From Paragordius varius (Eukaryota; Animalia; Nematomorpha), in contig OZ176051.1 of assembly GCA_964247055.1 (NCBI GenBank), positions 1,612,001-1,676,000 of the forward strand: a stretch of DNA of 64,000 bases, written 5' to 3'. The notes under the pieces are model-generated. The model had not been told where the DNA came from and made no database searches. It worked only from the letters and a program-made list of their open reading frames with translations. Made by a program: the position numbers and the translations under genes. Of the stretch, positions 1 to 11,225 are shown in pieces (position 1 is the first letter of the stretch; each line of letters starts with the position of its first letter).

Positions 1-464
1 TCAGTGGCTATTCGTTTTCTTTCGTTAAGCTGTTTTTGCAAAAGACTAATAAGATGATGTTTGGCTTGTATTGGACGGAATTCATTAACAAGATGACTGA
101 AATTAATAAAAAGTAAATTCAGATCTTCTAACTTTTCAAGTCTGGATGTTGAGTCAGGATTTTGGATTAAAATATCAATTAAATCAAAATAACACATTAT
201 AATCGATTTTAATATTTTTTCTAATTCTTGTTTTGGATTATGTTTGGACGGATATAAACGACGAATATTTAATTCTTCAAGAGTGGTCAAACACGTCTGT
301 TTTGAATCATAATTAATTCCAAAGTTAATATAATTATCTGATGATATAGGTGGTGGCTTAAGGCTAAAGGGTAATTCGCTCTGATTTTGTAAATTAATTT
401 CAGTATAACGATTAATATAAAGAAGAGGGGGCTTGGGAAAACTTGATATAATATTTGAATCCAT
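1..464 (-). CDS. MED7: Mediator subunit 7, intronless, 3' end runs off the window (absent from the ORF track)
   Basis: ATG at 464 opens an uninterrupted frame to position 1: MDSNIISSFPKPPLLYINRYTE...KPPPISSDNYINFG...IRRLYPSKHNPKQELEKILKSIIMCYFDLIDILIQNPDSTSRLEKLEDLNLLFINFSHLVNEFRPIQAKHHL. This matches the MED7 pattern PPP..Y...YT / PPP / E.L.D..LLF...HL.NE.RP.QA. Confidence 0.93.
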   Translation of the reverse strand, partial: MDSNIISSFPKPPLLYINRYTEINLQNQSELPFSLKPPPISSDNYINFGINYDSKQTCLTTLEELNIRRLYPSKHNPKQELEKILKSIIMCYFDLIDILIQNPDSTSRLEKLEDLNLLFINFSHLVNEFRPIQAKHHLISLLQKQLNERKRIAT

Positions 465-527
465 TAAAGTCCGAAAATCACAATTTATTTCGAAAAGGTG
501 TGATTCACTGTTATCAGTTAGGTTCAC
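465..527. promoter_or_regulatory. 63-bp divergent intergenic segment between the MED7 and RBM19 start codons
   Basis: ATGs at 464(-) and 528(+). Promoter function is inferred from the geometry only. Confidence 0.6.
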
Positions 528-2037
528 ATGTCACGGTTGATTATAAAAAATTTACCAGAGCATTTCTCCAATCAACCTGAAAAACTAAAAGAATATTTCG
601 TCAAATATGGTTTGATTACAGATATCCAGTTAAAATATACACCAAATGGAAAATTCCGAAAGTTTGCTTTTATCGGTTTCTCCACAGACGAACAAGCTCA
701 AAATGCGATAAAAAATTTAAACCGAACATTTATAAATTGCTCAAAAATTTTGGTTGAACCTGCATTAGATTTAGGTACAATTGAAAAACCTCGAGCCTGG
801 AGTAAATATTCTAAGGAAAGTTCCGCATCTACTATTTCTAAAAAGGTAAAATTCTATATTAATAAATATAATATAGAAACCCGAAGCTGATACTTTGAAC
901 GAAAAGCCAAGGAAAAAGACTTCTAAAACTAAATACTTTATTAAGATATCCAATTTACCAGATAAAATAACTGAAACAAAGATTAAAAACTTTTTGGGAT
1001 CGGAAATATTTAATGATATATCTGACATTCGTTTGATTAAAATATTTAAACGAGGTGAAGGCATTAAAAGTTCTACTGCCCATATTGCTTATATATATTT
1101 CTTTCAAGAAGAAACTGTTTCCCGTGCTATGAAATTGAATAAATCTCTTTTGAAAAACCGTTTTATTGAAATTGAACCAAATATTAAAAATGATAAAATC
1201 AACTTAGATAAAAATATATGCCCTCAAAATGATTTAAAATTTGAACCAGCAGATGAAACTGAGATAGATAAAATGTCCCAACTTATGGACACTGGACGAA
1301 TTTTTATTCGTAACCTTCCATACCTTTGCACAGAAAATGATATTGAGGAGTTGTTTTCCAAGTAACATTTGTTTAATAATATATCTATGATATTCTGCTT
1401 TTACAATTTTTTCATTCCAAATGCAAAACATATTTGAAAGCTCCGAATTGTTTCTTTTATAAAAAATATTTTTCACGATCGAAAAAATACTTTTGAAAAG
1501 TTTTTGGTAGCCCTTTAGGTGAAAAATGTTGTCTTTGAATGAAAAAAAGTTATACTAAGTATATCGAGAAATCCAAATTAAAAAAATGTTTGTTATCCCA
1601 TTTACTCCGGTCATAGGTTTGGAAAACTAACTGAAGTCAATCTCCCTCGAGATAAGAGCGATAATAGGATTAAAGGTTTTGGTTTTGTGACTTTCATGTT
1701 TCCAGAACATGCTCAGCTTGCTTTTTCTCAGTTGGATGGAACGAATTTTAAAGGGAGATTGTTACATTTACTGCCTGGGCAGGAAAACAAATCTTTAGAT
1801 ATGGACGCTAACGAGAATACTCAAGGTATGAGGTCTAATTAAAAATTTATTATGATACAGTAAAACTTATTTTTAAAGACGCAAAAACGCAGCACTAATG
1901 TAATCTATAAGATTAAAAGCTAATCAAATTAGCATTTTAGACGCCCGTGCATCTGATTTTTAAATTTTTCCAATAATGGATTGAAGGTAAAAATATTTAA
2001 ATTATCCTTAATGTTTAGGTTGAAAACCGAGGTAATC

Positions 2038-2068
<31 letters not shown>

Positions 2069-5000
2069 TAATTATCTATTTTATACTTGTAACCGATTTC
2101 AAATGTCGTCTGTAATATGTTTAACATAATTCCCATATAATTTAAGTTGAAAAAATGTTAAATTAAACAAACGGTTTTGATTTTATTCACATGTTTCTTT
2201 TTTCTCATTAAACAGAAAGAAAATTAATTTATATGCATATGTATTATGTTAATATTTATAGATTCGGGTTACAAAAAAACTTCGCTATCCGCTAAAATTA
2301 AGAATGCTGGAAAAACTAGTCATACCTGGAATGCTCTGTTTGTTAATGCCGACGCGATCGCTTCAACCATCTCACAAAATTATAATGTGGATAAACGACA
2401 AATATTTTTCCAGGTGCGGTTGATTTTTAGTTTTCATTACCATAAACGTTAATTTGTATCTAATTTTATGAAAAAAATGGAAAATTTTATATTACCGAAA
2501 ATTTTGATTCATTATTTAGCCCCATATTTTGGACATTTTTTAATAATGAATTTGGGAAAACTTTCTATAGTATAACTCTTCAAACAATATTTGTTGATCA
2601 ATATATATAAATTGTTTAAATATAAATACGGTTTAAAAATTAAAAAAAACGAATTATTAAATTTAATAAATTTTGTTAAAATCATATTTTTTGTGAAAGG
2701 ATGATAACCAAGGCAAAAATAGTAAAGGAAACAGTGCGGCTGTCAAAATGGCTTTGGGCGAAACTGAGATTGTAGATCATATCAGGAATTTTCTTTTGGA
2801 AAATGGAGTTAATCTCGATGCATTCAAGGGTAAACCAAAATTTAAACTTTTTTTTCGTCATCTAATATAAAATTCATTTATATGAAAGTTTTTTATTTAA
2901 CTTTAAAACATAAATAATTAAATATTTTGGGAAATTATATTTTATACATAGCCGAAATGTGATTTTTGCATCATTTTGGCAGTATTTAAATGTTAAATTA
3001 CATTTTTATTAATCCGATATTTTATAAAAAGCAAAAGGAAACCATTGAGTTTAAATAATACTACGAGTTTAAAATAGCCTTGATCTGCGTAAGGCTGTCA
3101 CATTTTTCCAAAATTATGTTTGAGAATGTGTTATCATAATTTTAAAGTTTTTTTTCTATTTAGGTTCAAAATCTGTGAGAAGTAAAACATGCATTTTAGT
3201 CAAAAATTTACCACATTCAGGTTTTCATACATAATATAGTTTATGCATTTTAATGGTTGCTTATTTCACACTTTAGTTGAGCAATTTGCAACACAGTAGT
3301 GTATGGAAAAAATAAAGGAAGAAAAAATTTTTTATTTAACATTTTATTGTTTTTTTCCATACACTACTGTGTGTGCAAATTGTCCAACTATAGTGTGAAA
3401 TTAGTAACCATTAAAATGCTTACCTTAATTTATCTTTTCCAGTTTCTGCTTATATTTTTCGGAATTTAAATTTTTCAGAGTTTATGGTTTTTTTCAAAAA
3501 AACTTAAAAAGGATTTTTATATTTTTAGCAAAATTGGTTAAATATAACATAATTAGTAACATTATGTATGAACCAAAAAATGGATATATATTTGAATGCT
3601 ATATTTAAAATATCTTCAAACATTTTTTTATTCAATTAAGTATCTTGCGTTCTTTTTGATTTAACCATGTTTTAAAACCAAATGATATAATTGTTTGTTA
3701 AATTTTTTTATAATTAATTATATATCGTATAGAGCAGCTAAATCTTTGTATTTGACATAGATTCCAATATAACTAACGATATTATCGTTCAAACTCTCAA
3801 ACAAACTTTTGAAAAACACGGACCTATTCAACGGTTAATAATTTTTATGAAATTTCAAGGACATTCTTTATTTATAAAAACCAAATTAATTTAATACAAT
3901 ATTTCGCATTTGAAACTTTTTTATTTATTTACGCTTGCTTTTTTTTGATTTGCATTAAATTTTATATAATTTATTACAAAAAAATCGGTATTCGATTCAA
4001 AAGCGTTCTTAAATTATTATGAAATCGTTTATGATTTTTTTTCATTTTTTAATTTACATTACGTATTTTTTAGATTCTACAGGTGAATGTAACACACAAT
4101 TGTTTACAGTTTATATATGTTATGTGTTATAATTTAGTTATCTGTATAATTTAACCCTTAAACCAAACCATTTGTTGCATAAACAACCAAAACCATTTTT
4201 TTAAAAAATATAAATTGTTATAACAAATTTAGATAATTTAAATATTGGATTTTAATTTATGTTTTGCTAATAAAATTAATTATCTCAAATCTTATAAATT
4301 AATTTGATTTATATTCTTAAATGTATATTACATTAAATAATTTTAGATTGGTAGTCCCTCCACATAAATATGCGCTGAGTGCACTAATTGAATTCGTTCA
4401 TCCACAAGATGCAAGAAATGCGTTTCGTGAAATCGCTTACAAAAAAATTTTTGGTCCCATTTATGCCCCCGTGTTTTTGGAATGGGCCCCTGAACAATGT
4501 TTCAATGCTGAAACTAAACAGAATTCTCAAACAAATAATAATAATACAAAAATCCAAAAGCCTAATGAGAAAAGTGTTGAAAAATTGGTTAATAAAACTA
4601 AAAATGATAACAATATTGAAATGAAAAATGATAACTCTAAAATGGATGTCGATACAAATTTACAAAGTATTTCGCACATTATTAGATTCATTTTACGGAT
4701 ATTTTATATACCTTTTATAGCAAATAACGTACAGTAATGGAAGTCAAATATTTTTATCTTAAAACACAACCATATTTTGTCAAATTTTGATTTTTCCTAC
4801 GTAAACATATTTACAATATCAAATATATAATTGATTGTGTTACCAATATGCATCTTTACCTCTTATTCGTAACCCAAAACGATGAGTTATATTTTCAAAT
4901 GTAAGGTGTAGGAAATATGGTTATCGTTTTTAAAAAAAATATTTGCCCCTTAGTTTTCACGTTTATATATGACTTTAAATAAACAGATACCCCACAAACC

Positions 5001-7744
5001 GAGAAAGTGTTGCCTCCTAATTGCACAATTTTTGTGAAAAATCTCAACTTTTCAACACTCGAATTGGATTTATTAAACTTTTTCGGGGATCAATTTTGCC
5101 CGCGATCGCAACTCAATGTTCGTATCGCTTATAAACGAGATCCCACACATGTTGGTAAGAAGGATTTAAAATTATTTTTGTTTCAATATTTTAAGGGACT
5201 CAGGTTAAAGTTAGTCGAAGAATTTTGATTCAATTTTAGAAATATATATTAACAAAGATTAAATTTAAAAAATATATAAGGGCATCATTATCAATTAGAG
5301 TTAGTCACACAAAAAATCATTTAATGATAAAATTTGTAAATTCAAAATACATTTTTCAATTTTGCTCTTTTACCGAATTATTTATTAATAAAAATTTATT
5401 TAAAATGTAAAAGGTACCTATATTTTTATTTTAAAGTATTATTTATATATCATCTGTTTCAAATTATGAATTCTAAAAATATGTTTTAATAAATGCTTAA
5501 AATTTTTTTAGCCAAAAAACTGTCTATGGGTTACGGTTTTGTCACTTTTCCAACTCGCGAAAGCGCTGAGGAAGCCTTGAAAGTTATGCAAGGAAAAATG
5601 TTACAAAATCATTTTGTGGAACTTGATCGAGCAAATAAGGAATTGCAAACAAATTTTGTTCAGACACTCAATGGTTTAATACATATATATAGTTCTCTTT
5701 AATAAAATAATTGACAAATACAGTATAGGATTGATTTTATTAACATTAAATATTTTTTAAAAACTTTAATCTAACATTTTTTAAATGATACTGAATAAAA
5801 TTACATTAATAAAATATGTTTAATATCAAACTATAATTTAATAATTTTTCTGTAACATTTTTGATTTATCTTTTCCGTTTTATTGTATTCCTTTACATAA
5901 ATTAACAACTATATGATATAATTTTATTATGTAAACTTAAATAAAAATGAAAGTATATTTTATTCTACAGTCACGCCATCCTTTAAGAGCGTACTTGTAT
6001 AAATACGAATGCTCAATTGTTTTAAAGTGTATTTTATAATTATACAACGCAAGTTATATGTAACTTTTATCGTGCTATCATAGATTTAAATAACCCAGAA
6101 AAGATTGAACCCAAACAACCGAAAATTCTAGTCAAAAATATACCCTTTCAAGCGAGTTTGGCAGAAATTCGTGAGCTTTTCTCCACGTTTGGCCCAATCA
6201 AATCGATTCGAATGCCCGTTAAATTGTCATCAAACAATGTTGATAAACACAAACCATCGCAACAACAACATAAAGGTTTTGGCTTCGTCGAATATTTCAA
6301 CCTTGAGATCGCAAAACAAGCTTTTAAGGTATGTGGGTAAGAAAAGACTATTTTTATATAATAAAAAATGTTTTTGTTTGAAAGTTAGAAGGGATACAAG
6401 AAAAATATATATTAAATAACTATTTTCCATCTGTTAAATAATTTAATGATTTGGAAAATGCTTTTTTAATTTTTCTATAAGCATATATTTTGAAAGCGCC
6501 AGAGCATTGAGAGAATTTTTGATATGTGAAAGCGTTTAATACTTTAAATGACGATAAAAATTTAAACTTGGAACCCATACATAATACTAAATATGTCAAT
6601 TTTATAATTATGTATAAAAATCATGAAAAACATATTATAAATGTATTGAATGAAACAAAAATTATTGATTTTGGTGTTTTAAATTATCTGAAAAAAATAG
6701 AAAAAAACTCATATTAAATTACAACTAGATTTTGAACCCATTTATTTGGTTTTCATAATTCTAATTTTTACTGTATTAATATAATGTGTACAGTCTTTGA
6801 GTCAAAGCACGCATCTCTATGGGCGCAGGCTTGTTTTAGAGTGGGCTGATACCCCATCAGCTCCTGAACAAATTTTGTTGGATGAAAAAACGCCTTATTG
6901 GCTTAATGATAATGCTTTTCCTCGAAATCCATTCCCTAACCCTTATGCATATATGCCTCTACTCTTGCCTTACAAAGACAAAAAATGTGAACCTGCAGTT
7001 AAAAAGGATGAAGAGCCAACAAAACCTCTGGAAAAAACGGAAATATTGGTTAACTTTTAATTGAGAAAGATATGTGTAATTTAAGTATAAACGTAATTCA
7101 GTTATACAGAAAAAATGTAAATACTAAATGATTTAGGCAACCGTACTTTTTCCAACATTGATTTTTTTAACAAATTTTATATAATAATCACTTTTTGCAT
7201 TATATAATTTAGTGGGTGAACATTTAATATCTTTCCTTATTTTTGATACAAAACAATGAGTTATGTTAAAAAAATTAAGGTTATATAGTTGTCCATTGAA
7301 TTGTCCTTTTGTTTTTACCTTTTATCTATAGTGTAAGTTATTTTTCTTATGTATTTAATTAATTTAAATCCCCCAAACTCTACTCTGATTATCATTTTTA
7401 TTTTCAAATTCATTTAGGATAAAGGAATGTCAAAAATGAAAAAAAGCACCAAACGCAAAAATAAAAAGTTTAAACCATTGTCCCAAACAAAGGTGCCATT
7501 TTCTCAAAACATTCTTTCACAATTAGCCATACTTGATACAAAGCCTAACCCTAACCCCATGAAACAAAAATCAAGAATTAAATATTCTACCCGTCAAAAT
7601 AAATTAACAGTTTTATCTGAGAGCAGTAATGAAACACAATCAAAAACTGTAAAAGTATTTCAAAAACGTTTACGAAATACAATCGCGTCCAGTCGATATT
7701 TTGAAACATCTCCAATTTCTAAAACAAAGATTAAAATCAAATAG
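528..7744 (+). CDS. RBM19: RNA-binding protein 19 / MRD1 (six RRMs, 40S biogenesis)
   Basis: Exons 528-845, 877-1361, 1617-1825, 2262-2413, 2700-2829, 3164-3220, 3761-3833, 4347-4666, 4987-5154, 5512-5673, 6084-6328, then 6794-7060 (stop) or 6794-7048 spliced in frame to 7418-7744. All junctions are GT-AG and phase-consistent. Motifs: MSRLIIKNLP, KFRKFAFIGF, KPRAWSKYS, GRIFIRNLPY, TWNALF, MALGETEIV, SMGYGFV, STHLYGRRLVLEWA. The last exon is less certain. Confidence 0.95.
3245..3419. repeat. ~175-bp intronic inverted repeat (hairpin MITE-like) in RBM19 intron 6
   Basis: gcattttaatggttgcttatttcacactttagttgagcaatttgcaacacagtagtgtatggaaaaaa pairs with tttttccatacactactgtgtgtgcaaattgtccaactatagtgtgaaattagtaaccattaaaatgc. 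Confidence 0.85.
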
Positions 7745-7914
7745 TCATATAAAAATATAATTGAATATAATTTTTTTAATTTTTTATGAGAGCAAAATCT
7801 AATAATATTTTTGTTGATATATTACGGTTTTTTGAAATAAATTTTACATTTTTTAATTTGAAAGTTCTATATATGAAACATAATTTAGGGCATTTTTTAA
7901 TCTGGTTATACAAA

Positions 7915-8185
7915 CCTTACAGATACAGTTTGTGTTTCATTATTACTTGAGTTGATGGAATTTGGCCCAAGCTTGATGTGTTCGTGTTGTTATGCGTTTT
8001 TGTTGATATTGGCTGCTTATCACCCAGGTGATTGTAGTTGTTTGCTATTTCTATATTCATAGATGGGAGGTAGTTAGTTTTCATGGGATTGCTTGGGTTT
8101 TTATATGGTGTTGCACAAGCTTTACATCCAAAATTTTCTATGCTCAATAAACTTTCTTTAATATTGAGCACTTGTTGTGGACCCA
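7915..8185 (-). mobile_element. Degenerate RTE-type LINE fragment, same family as 32400-32860
   Basis: The minus strand reads ...ITTRTHQAWAKFHQLK, the post-RT 'RI..A...F..L' region. The DNA is nearly identical to 32455-32520. Confidence 0.65.
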
Positions 8186-8189
8186 CAAT

Positions 8190-9439
8190 TGGCATTGATG
8201 GAATTAAGTTTTGGAAAATTGTCTCGACCCGATTTTTGTGGACTTCTGTTTTCAAAAAAGCCGTTTTACACACGGGGTCGGCCCGAACTGGGGGCCTATT
8301 TCAAAAAAAGGGCGAAGCTATTGTCGAGGCATTTATTAATGATTATATTGTTTCGATATTTGGATTTGAATGCTGCTACATGTTTTCCGGTACCAGATCA
8401 CAAAGCCAGCATTTTCCATTTATGTATATATATATATAGATTACCATAAATAATGTTTTATTATCCATATATTTGTTAACATCCTATACATATGATAGAT
8501 AAATAAATAATAAAACAATAAACTAATACGATTTTATGTCTAAAATCAATAAAGTCTGATTGATCATTTAATTGTCTCGTTTAAATATTGAGATAGACAA
8601 TTTTATTTGAAATGAGCATAATATATTTTTGATTTTATAAGCAATTTTGTTATGAGGCACGAAGTTTTAAAATGATTCACATAGTCTCATAAGTTTTCTG
8701 AAATTTGGCTCCAAAGGCATGCTGTATCGATATGATGGCGCAGTTGTAGGCGGGTAGCCCCCTACATTAAAAAAGCGAGACGACTATGTTCGGCGCAATC
8801 GAAAATAAGTAAACAAAAATCATATTTGAAATTGAATGGTTCAACACGTTCTCCGGAAAATTGTCTCAAAGACACGATTTTTGTGGACGTCTGTTTTCAC
8901 AAAAAACGTTTTACACACGGGATCGGCCCGAACTGGGGGCCTATTTCAAAAAAAGGGCGAAGCTTCAAAGAAAGGCTTGACTAAAATTTTTGACTTTTAA
9001 CAGGGAATACGTGGAATCCATATTGAATTTTTACGGTTTCATACCTTTGGCGAAAAATACGAAAATCATTTTTGTGGACTTATTTTTTTTTGAAAAAATG
9101 GCATTTTACGGGGGGAGCGGGTAAAAAGAGGGCGTAAATGAAAAAAGTGAGACGACTATGTTCGGCGCAATCGAAAATAAGTAAACAAAAATCATATTTG
9201 AAATTGAATGGCCCAACACATTCTCCGGAAAATTGTCTCGAAGACACGATTTTTGTGGACTTCTGTTTTCAAAAAAAACCGTTTTTCACACGGGGTCGGC
9301 CTGAACTGGGGGCCTATTTCAAAAAAAAGGATATTGTCTGGGCATTCATTATGATTATATTGTTTCGATATTTGGATTTGAATGAGTCTACGATACCAGA
9401 TCACAAAGCCAGCATTTTCCATTTTTATAAATATATAGA
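8190..9439 (-). mobile_element. Cluster of partial non-autonomous Helitron (family H) copies; 5' TC ends at 8440 and 9439
   Basis: Repeated blocks ttcggcgcaatcgaaaataagtaaacaaaaatc..., ggcccgaactgggggcctatttcaaaaaaagggcgaagc and gatcacaaagccagcattttccattt...tatatagat are shared with 50805-52860 and 53573-54231. Confidence 0.75.
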
Positions 9440-9455
9440 TTATCTCGCTGTTAAA

Positions 9456-10576
9456 CATGGGGTGGGGTGATAAAAAAGTCGCACTTGACTTGTAAGTCAA
9501 GCGTGGCAAGTTGAGCAAGTGTACTTAAGCCAGCAAGTGTGCACTTGCAGATCGGTGATCAAAACACTTAAGTCAAATCTTTTGCTTATAAATGTAACAT
9601 TTTTTTGCCACTCAATTCGAATTATACGGAAATATTTTGATCATTCTTAGCCAAAATTTATGAAATAATGCACAAAAAGATAAACAATCAATATGCATTT
9701 ATTGAGGTTTTCCAACTCACTGGCACGTATCTTATTTAATATTATGGATTTTTCTAAATATTGAGCCCGGTGATAATTTTTAGGTTGATGAAACCGTTCG
9801 CCCTTAAAACAATCTTTTATTTTACCATTTGCAAATATAATGGGAAGATGTTTATACATTATAACATATTATTTTTAATTGATTATCAATACATTCGAAA
9901 TAAATTAATGATATAATATATCTTTTCATTAGTTAATAGTAAGTAACCTTTAGCGTTTAATAAACGAAGATTTGAATTTTACAAGATTAATATTTATTAA
10001 TTAATTTTAAGAAATTTTCGAGAATCAAATTTTTTTGCGGGAATCGATATATTTTTATATGCCATATTCTAAAATATTAGCAGAGTTTTTTTAAAATTTA
10101 TCCTCTTTTGTATCCACCCAATTTGAATAGGTTAATTAGCGATAATTTATCAATAAACAATTTATATCATTAAAGAAGGTTTTATTTACATTTCCCATGG
10201 CAAATGCCAAATTTAAATTCCCATTGGGATGGCATAATTTTGGCATTAGAACCGGCTATATTCAGTCCGGCATGCAAGCAACTATTGTAATGGGCTTTTT
10301 CAATCGCACGTCCAAACATTCGATCAGCTCTTATATATACAAACAGTTTCCAAAATAATTTTATTCATATTTTAAAATCTGTCAAGTGTGCCCTACACCA
10401 CACCTGCAAAATCTATGTATTTTACTTGATCATATGATTTTTTATCACCTCCGAATCAAGTTATCTTGCTTGACTTAAGTCGCCTAATGTTAAATTTTTT
10501 TATCACATGAAAGCAAGCCATGACTTGAAAAACTTGTAAATCAAACCAAAAAAAATTTTTTAATACCCTTCCCATG
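9456..10576 (-). mobile_element. ~1.1-kb TIR DNA element with a decayed transposase-like segment (9647-9859) and a captured host exon
   Basis: Imperfect TIRs catggggtggggtgataaaaaa / ttttttaatacccttcccatg and subterminal cttgactt/cacttg repeats at both ends. The internal YKHLPIIF...RFHQPKNYHRAQYLEKSI resembles the FxxPGAxHxARWMxKxIY motif of invertebrate DNA transposases (family uncertain). No TSD seen. Confidence 0.55.
10191..10328 (-). pseudogene. Isolated glutamine synthetase (GSII) exon fragment, 46 codons
   Basis: Translates ADRMFGRAIEKAHYNSCLHAGLNIAGSNAKIMPSQWEFKFGICHGK, versus the GLUL-type [45 protein letters not shown]. It is flanked by an AAG acceptor and a gtaaat donor. No other GS exons are recognisable in the window. 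Confidence 0.85.
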
Positions 10577-11225
10577 GTCATGTAATGAGGCAGATTTTTA
10601 TAGACTATATGCCCTTATAGCCAACCTCTTAACTCGGAGGATAGAGTTGTTAGCTATACCAGGCTAGAGAGTGTCTGATTAGACTTCGAATCTTTCGTTT
10701 GTAGATTTAAGTCTACGACCGAGGGAGGTGCCTTCCCGGGCTTTCAAACTCCCACTCCGTCTTTGGTTTTGAGAACTTATATTATCATCTGGCTAGGTTA
10801 AAACTCCCAGGTAAACCCGCTTTAAACAATGTGTGTAAATACAGGCACTGTAATGTTTTGTAAGAAAATGAGACGGCCTATAACATTTCCGCTACGCTCC
10901 CTACATTAGTAGCTGTTATATTTTAAACTCTAAGTGTCGCAAAATTGTAAAAAATATAAGCTTTTTTATCCACAGGAGAACAAAAATATAATTTAACTAA
11001 AATAAATTTTAAAACAGTAGTTTATCTACAAGATTGTCTGGGATAAATATGTAAAAGGCTAAAATGTGAAGTGCTAATTTAGTAGTTTAAAATTAAATAT
11101 AAACATATTAGAAAATTTAAAATAGAAGGAACACTAAGATATCAATATATTTAACTAAATTTCTATAATATGTGGATCTTTAAAAAATATAATTGCATCT
11201 GTTGTGCTATTTTGAATAGAACAAT

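Noticed and set aside
864-894. Apparent stops or frameshifts between adjacent ORFs suggesting a variant genetic code or programmed frameshifting
   Set aside because: Every case resolves with a GT-AG micro-intron and the standard code. No in-frame stop remains in any reconstructed gene.
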